A stretch of DNA of 56,363 bases from contig JALAGF010003430.1 in the NCBI GenBank assembly GCA_030167865.1, positions 1-56,363 on the forward strand. The letters are read 5' to 3'. This document shows, one piece after another, positions 33,747 through 44,637 of this stretch. Below the pieces are notes generated by a model, which saw only the letters and a list, made by a program, of their open reading frames with translations, was not told where the DNA came from and did no database searches. Every line of letters begins with the position of its first letter. Positions within the stretch are counted from its first letter, which is position 1. Source of the DNA: Craspedostauros australis (lineage: Eukaryota). Made by a program: the position numbers and the translations under genes.

Positions 33747-36280
33747 TAGTGAATCCTCTTGAGAGGCGTTGGGCATCATACGTAGCACACAACAGCAACA
33801 ATAGCCTGAGACCGAGAGCAGAAGTTGGAGAGAAAAGAAAATAACACAGGCTCTGGTATGCATGAAAGACTGGAGATTGGGCAGAAGACCTGGCCATGGC
33901 GACTATGTGCGAGTAGACAGCAACCATGACGATGGGGGAGCGGATTATACACGTGCATGACTCTTGGAGTCGGAAGGAGAAGTGGTACGCCCACAAACCC
34001 TCGAATGCCATGGCTGACGGCAAACCTAGAGAATGGAATGCTCGGGTGTCCACCGGTACCCGACTCTATGCTTGTAAAGAGTGCCTTCTGTCATGTGCTT
34101 GCACCGTCTGTCGCTGCATCTTTCGCTGATGATATTGCTGTTGCTGAAGTGGCGTCAGCAACAATCATGATGTCGACGCAGCTGATACAATCACCATCAC
34201 CATGATGCAGTTTGGCGCGTCGAATCCGGAGGATGTGGTGTTGTCAACAGGTGGCAGTGTAATTGCATTTGCATTGTCCTCGTACTTGCGCTCGAGCCGG
34301 TTAGGTCGCTCATCGGGCTTCCTCATGGGTGACGCATGGGCGGCAAGGGAGCAGCAGACTCGCCACGGAAGGTGGCTGGGGCTTCGTGTGTCAACATCAC
34401 CGATAGTGGCAGAAGGCCGAAAGAATCTAAGCGGCTGCCTGGAACAGCTTCTCGTGAGGAGACCGGTTTGGTGACGCAGGGAATGCTCTGCTCGTTGGTT
34501 TATTGGGCTCCGCTGGAACATGACGCATGTCATCATCTGTCCGGGCGTTCGTCTGGTACGACCTATGTAGATTGTACTCGTGTCAGGTATCCAGGGCGAT
34601 TTTCTGTTTTGAGTATCTGCCCTTGGACAACTGTGCGTGAACAGGACGCGCCTCTGGTTGCAGATGGACACGAACACGGTATCGGCTGATGATCAAGATG
34701 TTTCATCATCAACGTGAGCACCAAACAGACGGCACCAACTGTTCGAACCGGCAGCATGAATTTATCTGGTCGGGTGGAGTACGCGTGTGTACGAATGTGC
34801 ATGTTCTCTATTGGAACATAGTACTTTGGTACGAGCAGTCGTGTGTATGGTGTAGGTCGTACCCTCGTGCAAAGTGGAAGCGGAGGAACCCTTGATGCGT
34901 GTGATGATGGCGATGAAAGATACGCCGATTGGTTCAAATCACAAATTGTGAGAAGGAAGGAGTCCGAGATGCGAGGAGAGAAAAGCTCCCTTCTTCATCG
35001 ATGTCGAGGGGCAATTGGCGACGCAGGACAAAATATTCCCGAGTCCAAACATATCCTTTCCGATGCAAACAGGGGTTTCGTGATGGGGATGTCATGCGCG
35101 TGACAAAATGCCGATCGAACATCCGCGACGGTGAGACAGCCGGAAGAGCTCCACCCGTGGCGAGGCGAGGGCAATGCAAGTCAAACAGATTGACACCGAA
35201 AGGCGGTGTGAGGAAACAATTGGCTTTCGCTCATCATTTTGCCCCCAAACCATCACGAAAAGAGAGGGCTGGGCCTCACCAGATGAGCGCCAAATCGAAC
35301 CAATGCGGCCACATGTTTGCGCATTTGGCGTTGGTTGCTCAACCTCGTATAATACATACCAGTATTGGTAACTCGGATGAGTAGCTCATCTGTGCGAGTA
35401 TGTGCAGCACGACAGGAGAAAGGAGGACGTCCATCTCTCTGTCTCCATTTGATTCCTTCGGCATTTCGTTTCCAACGATGCGTGAGACAGGACGAACCTC
35501 GAGCAGCCGCAAAAAAGAGTGTCGGACTCGACATGCCAGGAGGTCGACAAGTCCACCGGCTCATTGATCTTGCGCAGCTTAATCCTTCAACGAATGTGAG
35601 TGGTGAGGCTCATGAGTTACGAAGGGCAAAACAAAGTCAAGACATCTCGTGGCGGATAAGTATAATGCGCAAGAGTGGTTCCTTTGCTTGTATTCGGGAC
35701 AAACTCGCCAGGCTGATGGATCTTTGGTGATGAAGCCTCTGCCTTTGTGGCCCGCATCAGTACCAGCAACGTGGGCGCGACGCGGCGCTCTTCGTGTTGC
35801 GAAGAAGAAAATAATTGCTCTCCGGTTCCGCCTCACCCCTTTCGCGGGGCGGACGCAGAAGCATACGCGCTTCTTTATCTTCGACCATTCGGGACTTCGT
35901 GCTTCGCTGCGCTCTCACTCCGACAACAACAGGAGCACAAAGGAACGCAACTCAGGTACCGCAGCTCGAAACAGGCGAAACAGAGCAAACACGCGAAGCA
36001 CGCACACACACAGGCGCGGAAGCAAACGATCACAACTGCGAACTCATAGGTACTTCTGCTCGTGTTGGCGCTGTTGGTGACGCACAACGCAATGCGACGC
36101 AACATCGGTGATCCAAACAAACCACAACCTTGGAGGCCACTCCCACACTTCCCATAATCCGCACCCGAGTCCAAAAACAAAACACTTTTTACCTCCACGC
36201 ACACAAGTAGAGCATCCCTCCCCCTTGACCTAGTCAACCAGTTCACCACAAATCATACATCATACAACAGCAGCATTACC

Positions 36281-37144
36281 ATGAATACCATGAACACATC
36301 AAACCATCACGGCACCACTTGTCAACCCGTCCACAAGGGAGCTTTCCTGACAGTCGACAGACTCCTGACCGCGGGATGCGATCTGCGAGATGTCCGATCG
36401 GCGAAGTCCCGCCGCAGGCTGCGTGAGGCGATTGAGACCCACAGACTGAGCAGCAGCAACACGGACCTGCCCCCGGCAACTGGACCAGCAACTCCATCGC
36501 AGCTGCTGCCACTTTCGCCACAACCCACATCAGCATCAACAACAGTGCCGGCATCGCCGTCGCCGTCTCTGCTGCCGCTCCCATTCACGTCAGCAGTCAC
36601 ACCATCGCCACAGCAAAAGCTCAAGGTCTCGGTCCGAGGCCTCAAAACTCGAATGCATCGCAGAGGATCAACGGTGCTGTCTCCACCGTACCACCGCACC
36701 TCAGACAGTCCAGCTGCCTATAACAAGAACGCAGTGCATGTCAGCCACAGCAAAGGCACGCCTTCCACGTCTCTGATCCAGATGATGTCCATGACTTGCG
36801 CACCACCAGTCCGCAACCCAGTCCATTCATCGCCATCGCCTCCATCCTGGCCACAGCACAAGTCCCTTCTCGGTCACGGCGCGTCCAAGTCTTCTCGAAG
36901 AAGGGGGAGCCTCGCACTGCCTCAGCAGCAAGCGTGCAAGAAACGAAAGCTGACCACGACAGCCCACGTCTCGCGATCCCCACCATCGGACATGGACGCC
37001 AGTAACGCCTTGCATGCCATCATCGGACAGCCACCTCTCGGCATGTACAACGCCAACGAAGACCTGCTCCAGGTCATATCAGACATCGTGGATGACACGG
37101 ACGACTTGCTCCAGACAGCACCCGTCATGGCCACGCAGCGTTAA
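36281..37144 (+). CDS. Unknown Ser/Pro-rich protein, possibly nuclear (KKRK)
   Basis: 287-aa ATG ORF after a C/A-rich leader. It has an ordered-looking N-terminal block (HKGAFLTVDRLLTAGCDLRDVRSAKSRRRLREAIE), a KKRK motif and an acidic C-terminal helix. Confidence 0.65.
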   Translation: MNTMNTSNHHGTTCQPVHKGAFLTVDRLLTAGCDLRDVRSAKSRRRLREAIETHRLSSSNTDLPPATGPATPSQLLPLSPQPTSASTTVPASPSPSLLPLPFTSAVTPSPQQKLKVSVRGLKTRMHRRGSTVLSPPYHRTSDSPAAYNKNAVHVSHSKGTPSTSLIQMMSMTCAPPVRNPVHSSPSPPSWPQHKSLLGHGASKSSRRRGSLALPQQQACKKRKLTTTAHVSRSPPSDMDASNALHAIIGQPPLGMYNANEDLLQVISDIVDDTDDLLQTAPVMATQR

Positions 37145-38264
37145 CAACCGAAGCCCAGCCTCCGCCAGGAGATGTGACATTGTACAATGCAAAGTTGTCG
37201 GTGCCACGCCACGAGATGCTCCCATCGCATCATACTATCCCACTCCACTATAATATATACCATACTATACATATCACCATCTAAAGCAATTATAAACTAT
37301 TATAAACGTCTCCATGCACCGAACACACTTGACGAGCATGCCATCCCATATCCCTTGCATGGCGCATGGTGCGGCCCTCAATGCCATAACTTTGCCTCGC
37401 TCTGTTGGAGAGCACGAGTGGAGAGAGAAGCTGTTATCTCCCTCGTGTGCGAGCCACGCAGACCATGCAGACCATGATGCCCCAAGGTGGCGCAAATCCA
37501 ATCCCTTCACAGCAGCAACGGCACAGCCACCAACAGGAGGGAGGTGGATACACCCCGGCACCTCTTTGCTGACAACCCAGATGTCAGCCTCTCCCAACCT
37601 TCGCCTCCTGCGATGCCATTTGGCCAGGAATAAGAGGCACAAAAAAGGTTGATTGCCGGCTGTCATTTTCCTTCCAACTCTGTTTTGTCTCTCTTGTCTC
37701 ATCGTTCTTCTGAATCGTGGATACGAATCAGTATCTTTTGGATGGCCGACGTTGGACAGACGAGGACCTCCCAAGCATGTGCCTCATTTTTTGAGCACAA
37801 AGCCGCGAAACACGTGCAAAGAGTAGATGCCGTTTTTTCACGCTGACACTCCACGCATCTCTCCCAGCCACAGAACTGTTTGAGCGGATGCGAAACGATC
37901 GGGACAAGGCTCTTTCGAGTTGTGGCACAGCGCAATCCAGTGGAACGCATCGCAACGAACCACGAAAATGGATCTGATGACGAAGAGTGTTGGAGTCGTT
38001 GCAATTGCAGGTAACGACGTGCGAGGAATGAGATAGAATGTGAAGCAAAGACGACGCCAACGCCAACGCCGACGATGCAGCAGTGTCGGCCACAGGATAC
38101 GAGCGTCACTCTCTTCCCATAATTCCAATCAAGTTGCAACTCGAAATCACTTTTTCGCCGTCGCATCTTCACTGCATCTTCATTGCACCCCCATTGCATT
38201 CAACGCAGCACACAGTTCAGGATCAAATCAAGTTCAACGAGTCGAATCCAACCAATCCACCAAT

Positions 38265-40043
38265 ATGAAGTTTGTTTCTTCCACCATCTCAGCAGTCTTC
38301 CTTGCTGTCGCCTCGTTGGATGCGACATCTGCCAACGTGCAGGAGTGCGTCACTACCGTGGACCCCAACAAGGACTACTTCCCAGACAAGGTCACACCAC
38401 TGGAGTCCGAGGGATGGGACATCGAGTACTTCAAGACATACAAGGTGCTCACAAACAAGGCCAACAACGAGACCTTCGCGCTGTACCAGTGCGGCACAAC
38501 CCCACCAACTGGCAACTTCAACTCCATCATTCCTGTCCCAATCAAGAAGCTCGTCATTGCGTCCACCACCCAAATCCCCTTCCTCGAGGTCTTCGGTGAA
38601 CGCGAGGCCATCAAGGGTGGCTTTGGCACCTTCTGGACTGCTGCATCTGGCTGCTTCAAGCAAGGAGTGGACGATGGCACCATCCCCATTGGCCTGTCCA
38701 GTGCCAACGAAACGCTGCTCGGGGAAGTTGATATCAATGTCAACGACACCGTGGCCCTCATGAGCTTCGGCGCCTCCCCCGGAGTCTTCCCACACTACAT
38801 CCACACCCAGGTGGCCAGCGAACCAACCTCAGAGGCCGCGTCCGAGTGGAGAAAGTACTTCGGAGCCTTCTTCAACAAGGAAAAGGAGGCCAACATGATG
38901 TTCCAGCAGACCATCGACCTCCACGAATGTGTCGAGAAGAACGCCGAGCTCCTCGCCGACGATGAAATCCCGACCATGGTCTGGGCTTCGTACAGTAATT
39001 ACAGCAAAGGGTGGGATGTTGCCAGGGACGGAAACTATTATTCCGAGCTGGCGCGCATTTGCTCTGCCGATCTGCTGTCGACCGCAGATGGCGGTGGCAG
39101 CATCCCCGGCTTCCTCCGCACCTTCATGACCCCCGACGAGTTCGGAAAGTTCGCCGAGAACGCAACTGTGTGGATCTACCCAAGTGGCAACATCGACGCG
39201 TTCAGAGACGACCCAGCCGTCTTCCCAGAATCCGTGAAGAACATCAAAGCTTTCAAGGATAAGCAGGTCTATGACTACCTGGGTACAAAGGACGGCTGGT
39301 TCAACGAGCGTCAGCTCGAGGCAGGTAAGTCTTCAGCGCGCGCATGGCATCGTTCATTCGTTCCACGATGGGAGCGTGCAACACCAGTTTTTCACGTTTG
39401 GTTGTGTGCCGCATCGCAGTGTTGGGGAAACCATCTGCGCAAGGCTGGCGCAGCTGCGCACAGCCCCTAGGTGATGTCGCCTGATGTCATCAACCGCAAA
39501 GTTTGGAGTGCCAACAAGAAGGCTTGATAGCATACCCTTCCCTCAGTCTTTGATTGTCTGTTGCTCACCCATCTACCACCTACCTACTTCTCCACCTAAC
39601 CTGCATACCCACATACCTTTTGCACAATACATGCACACGCGCATTATGCGTTATTGTATGACAAATCATCCATGAACCGAGCAGATGTGCTTCTCGAAGA
39701 CTTCTGTGCTCTCGCTGGTACTCTCGCACCAACCAACCCGCCGTACGTCAGAAAATGGTTCCGCAACGTCTTTACCGAGGCCACGGGCCTGCTGCCCGTC
39801 TGCATCGATTACAGTGCCCCGCTGGTCGTCCGCAGCTCTGCGTGCGTCCCTTTCGTCGCTTCCACCGCTCCATCCGGCGCTCCCACTGCTATTCCAACTG
39901 CCATGCCAACAGCACTCCCTACCGCGGAACCAAACACGACAGCTCCAACCTCCGCTCCAACAAGCGCAGCCACGGGGATCCAGACCGGAGCCTCTGCCGT
40001 CGTCGCCATGGTCGCCTCTCTCGTCATGGCCTTCAGTGTGTAA
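38265..40043 (+). CDS. CBA1: Cobalamin acquisition protein 1 (CBA1)-like periplasmic-binding-fold protein with a PT-rich stalk and hydrophobic C-terminus; join(38265..39324,39685..40043)
   Basis: Signal peptide MKFVSSTISAVFLAVASLDATSA. CBA1-family motifs: DYFPDKV, IEYFKTYKVL, LYQCG, EWRKYFGAFFNKE, VYDY, WFNERQLEA|DVLLEDFC, WFRNVF. The GTAAGT...GCAG intron at 39325-39684 is in frame. Product ~472 aa. Confidence 0.85.
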
Positions 40044-41873
40044 GAATATAAACTGCCGGTGGCCCCAATTTCCAACAAAGTCCGTCGTAACGTATTATGT
40101 TATATGTACTGGTATGTTGAGGACTCGTGCACGCGTACCGTAACACAGCGAGCAATCATCTTGGAATCGACCCTGCGCATAAATACGAGCACGGCACTCG
40201 TGCGGAGTCAACTCATCGTTAATTCCAGTATCTCCGTTTGGTACAGCCGCAGTGCGAGCTCATCGCGTTTTTACTGGTCGGCCGTCGCATGATCGGAGAC
40301 GCTGCTGGTTGCGACAGCACGTACGCGTATGCCTGTTGCGCTCCGCAATCTCGTTGCTGCAGGCACAGGCATCGAATGCAAGTTGGCACGCCAGCGCGCG
40401 TGCTCTACTCTCTTGCTCCACTGGAACCACTCATGCGCCAGGCACTCTGCAAGCTTTCAGCCCAGCTCGTATGGACAAGTACGAGTGCAATCCTCGTAGG
40501 TATGAGCACGACGCCACTGAATACTCCCAAGGACAAACCGCAGATCTGCTTCTCCTGTTCTGCGTCGTTTGTTTGCGAAATTGTGAGGGGCGGACTGAAC
40601 AGATAGCTCGAATCGTGTCATTTGCGGGATTCGTGATTGAAATCGAATCACATCTTTTGACCCATCGGACCTACATTCGGAACCACCCGAATTTGTGTCG
40701 TCGTTTCGGTGCAGAAACTCAGCACGTGACGTCATGTATATGTTCTTCGGGATGTTTTGATTGGTGGAGGAGACGAATGGAATCAAAGAAACTTGAGGCA
40801 CGAACGAGATTTATCCGCGAACAAAAGACGACTGTGCAATGGACAGTGTTGTTGCTGTTTGGTTCGGGCAACAGGAGAAAATGTACCTTGCCTTGTTCGT
40901 GTGTCGTTGCCTATTGGATGTGTTAGCTCGACGGGGCTGTTGTGGATCGTGACCGACTCGAGTTTCGTTAAGCCCACTGCTGTCGCTGATTTCAGATCGA
41001 TAAGTGCGAAGTTGCTTCAACGCACCTTGTTGCGTGGGGATCGAGCACAAAGGAGGATCAGTCGGAGCAAAAGGGGACGAAATGCCAGCAGTTGCGCTGA
41101 TGTGCGACCGACTGTGCACAAACAAGCGATAGCGGGAACACAACTTTGCTGCGCGACGCAGAGAGGAGGGAGGCGCAACACAAAAGTGGTGCTGGGTGAC
41201 AGCACGAGGACGTACTACTACACTTACGGAAGCGAACGCAGTGATCCACGACAGCATTGAGCACATCAAGCGATACAAATCATCACTCAGTACATGAGCA
41301 CGACACCATAACACGAGGCACCGCTCGAGGATCAGAAACCGCTGCGACAACAAAAGCACACACAGGAACAACCACAACGCATCATCACCATCACCAGCAA
41401 CAGCACCAGCGGCAACACAAGGAAGAGGACGGCAGCGAGGAGGATCCGCAGTTTCATCCCCATCTTCATTCGCGTGCATCCAAGCCTCCATTCAGCACAA
41501 GAGATCGATTGAGTTTGAGCAACACACTCGTGCACTCTACTATTCTATTATATAATATTATAATTCAGCCACATAATAGCAGACACAGACAAAAGGGGAG
41601 TCGAGAAAGAGAAAGAGAGACAGACAGAGAGGGATAGACAGAAAGGAAGAGACGAAGAGAGAGCAACCAAGAAACCAAACGAACAAATCAGGCAACTGCC
41701 CAGGCCAACAACTGACGAGATCAGAACCCAAACGCGTGTGTCGCAATCTTCACATCTCTTCCACAACACAACTCGACACATCACATCACAACACATCACA
41801 ACACAAAACAAAACAAGCAACAGAGCACAACAGAGCAACAATCACAAGCACTGACACAAACACCACTCGCAAC

Positions 41874-43412
41874 ATGACAACGTATTCGGATCAGGAGATC
41901 AATCGGTTGCTGTCCAACCTCACCATCGACAGGTGGCTGCAGCTCGGCTTCACCATCGATGAGTACGTGAAGGGACGCCAAACCGGTGCCCTGCACGACC
42001 TCTACCACGAGGCCCTGGTCATGGATGGACCAGGAGATGACGATGATGACGATGGTGAGGACGATGATAATGATGGGGACTACGAGAACTACCATGGCCA
42101 GAACCATAACCAGAGCGATGACCAGAGCGACACTGACAGCATCAGCGGCAACAACGAACACGAACAAACCAAAGAGTACAGATACCACGGATACCAACCC
42201 CAAACGGAGATGCAGGGCATGGTAACATCGCACGAGCGGCCACAGATACGTGCCAATGCGCGCGACTACACCACTGCACGCACCGGCATGCTTGCGACGC
42301 AACAGCGCCCACAAACGGAAGAGGAGCAGAAGGAGCAGCAGCATCTATCTCCGATGCCCTCGGCCACGGCTTCTTTCTTGGCGTCTGTCCTGCCGCCCTT
42401 GGCTTCGGGTGCTGCTCCTCAGGGCTCTTTTGGAGGCCTCCAACCTCCTCTGGGCATGTTCCAATCAGCCGCACCATCCACATCAAGCCTCTTGGGCATG
42501 CCAGAAGGCACCCATCAACTGCAACTGCAGCAACAACAACAGCAACAACAACAACAGCAGCACCTTGTCTCAAACAACATCTTGGACCCGAGCTACTACT
42601 CCTCCCAAAAGCAGCCGCGATATCAGATCCTCCCCGACTCGTGCCTCAAGAGTCCCACGCCCAAGCGCACGTGCTTCAATCGAGCTTTCCTCGATCACCA
42701 GGAAGGCGCGGATACGGCAACCAGCGCTGCCATTGGCACCGATGAACGAAAGAGGAAGAACGCAGTTGCGTCCGTCGTCGGCGGATTGGGGCCTGCTCCA
42801 TTTGGTGCACCCTTTGACGATGACGACCAGTCTAGTTGCGACGATGCTGATCACCATCCCAACAGCAGCCAGCACGATGCCACGGTACAAGGTGCCTGCG
42901 ACGACAATCACGAAGCACACGGCGAGGCGATCACGGACATTGACCAAGCCGGATCAGAATATACTCAGGCAACGGAGGTGGGGCTCGTTGATGCAGGCAA
43001 CCCAATCCATCCACACAACCACGAATCAAATGCACCGCAACCGAATCCAGAAACAACCTCTGCGAATCACGACAGCGAGTGCGAAGGTGGTGATGGTGAT
43101 GACGCACAAGAGGAAGACAACGGCAACGGGGGCAGCGCAGTCGAGCTCGGCACACGACCAGAGATTGCCATGGAAAAGCTCTCACTCAACTCCCCTCCCG
43201 TGAAGCTGATCCCAACACCCGAACACGAAACCACAACTCACAAAACGCTGACGCCCACACCATTCAACATGAGCAAGTCCTGCGACAAAGACGACAGCCA
43301 ACGCCGCGTGAGCCTGACCATCATGGAGATGCAGCAGACGGAGAAGCAAGGAAACCAGTACCGTCGCGAGATCCAACCACGCCCGATGATCGGGAAGGCG
43401 CGGTGTGCGTAA
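41874..43412 (+). CDS. Unknown low-complexity (D/Q-rich) protein; possible short extra exon 43805..43853
   Basis: ATG at 41874 follows an A/C-rich leader. Ordered N-terminus MTTYSDQEINRLLSNLTIDRWLQLGFTIDEYVKG, then poly-D and poly-Q tracts. The TAA lies within a GTAAGT at 43409. Splicing to CCACAG (43804) would add KKQTEISESKIARRA*. Confidence 0.7.
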   Translation: MTTYSDQEINRLLSNLTIDRWLQLGFTIDEYVKGRQTGALHDLYHEALVMDGPGDDDDDDGEDDDNDGDYENYHGQNHNQSDDQSDTDSISGNNEHEQTKEYRYHGYQPQTEMQGMVTSHERPQIRANARDYTTARTGMLATQQRPQTEEEQKEQQHLSPMPSATASFLASVLPPLASGAAPQGSFGGLQPPLGMFQSAAPSTSSLLGMPEGTHQLQLQQQQQQQQQQQHLVSNNILDPSYYSSQKQPRYQILPDSCLKSPTPKRTCFNRAFLDHQEGADTATSAAIGTDERKRKNAVASVVGGLGPAPFGAPFDDDDQSSCDDADHHPNSSQHDATVQGACDDNHEAHGEAITDIDQAGSEYTQATEVGLVDAGNPIHPHNHESNAPQPNPETTSANHDSECEGGDGDDAQEEDNGNGGSAVELGTRPEIAMEKLSLNSPPVKLIPTPEHETTTHKTLTPTPFNMSKSCDKDDSQRRVSLTIMEMQQTEKQGNQYRREIQPRPMIGKARCA

Positions 43413-44637
43413 GTTCCATGCATCGGCGTTTTATGCGCAGCCAGCGGCGACGCGAGAGAGAGAGAGTGACAGCGATAGTTACATACATCATAACGCATAC
43501 CAATCGAATGCAATACACGAAGGCCACCATACACTCGTATTCTGCGTTGCTCCCCCTCCTCCTTCCCTTCGTCTTTTGCGTTGCGCATCGCATCACCGGC
43601 ACACACACTCTGGACAACACCTTTGCCATGCAGCAAGAGGATGATGTATCCATGTATGGTATCGCATTGTATGGCGCGGTAGGTATGCTCTATCTGAAGC
43701 TCCATTACCCCTCCGCTCGACCATGATGCATCACCCGCCAACCCGCCACCGACGAACGTGGACCAACTCCGCAAACCAACAACGTTGATGTGTTCGCTCC
43801 ACAGAAAGAAACAGACAGAGATTTCGGAGTCCAAAATCGCGCGGCGCGCTTGAAGATCATGGCAATTGCGATGGTGCCGTGAAGCCTTGCTGTATCATTT
43901 GTGTACCACTTGTGTGTGACACAGTTAGGGCGATGCCGTTGTCTCCCGCTGGCGTTAAGTCCGCATCAGAATTTGTGGCCGAACCCTCCCGGCTTGTTGC
44001 GACTAGGAACCAATCAAACACGAGTTCTTCTTTCGGGGTTTGTGTGAATTCAACGAATGTGAAGGTTCGCGGGATTGTGATTGTGCTCAGATGAGACACG
44101 ATCTTGTTCATGACCAACTCGAGTACATTGTCACGCGATACCGAGCGTGAAGGGAAAATGTCAGTAAACTCCCGAGGGCTGTGAAACGGCACATGATGCT
44201 GTTCGTGCTTTTGTGATCAAAGGCCCAAAATGAAGTCCACATGACGGACCAAAAAACCAACACGGAGTGTGGTGCTCCGAGTTCCGATGGCGGCGAAACG
44301 ACGAAGAAATCCCAAACAACGGCAACGCTATAGCGGCTTTCGCGTGTTGCGAAATCGTGGCAAGAACAACATCATCATCGTCGCAAACATCCGTGTGAAG
44401 AGAGTCGACAGAGCGATTCAAGACGCACACACAGAGAGACGTGAGGAGAGTGGAGCGCCGTATGGCACCATAGGAAGACCAACTCCCAGGCAGTGCACGC
44501 TCTTGCCTTCAGTGCCAAACACGCACACGGACAGCTCCGTTGCGGTTGAGGAGAGTGGAGAGGGAGTCCAAGAGGCCAAAAAGAGCGGATCTGCTGAACG
44601 CAACGGAGTTGTTTGTCCACGAGAGCGTCTCAGCAAG

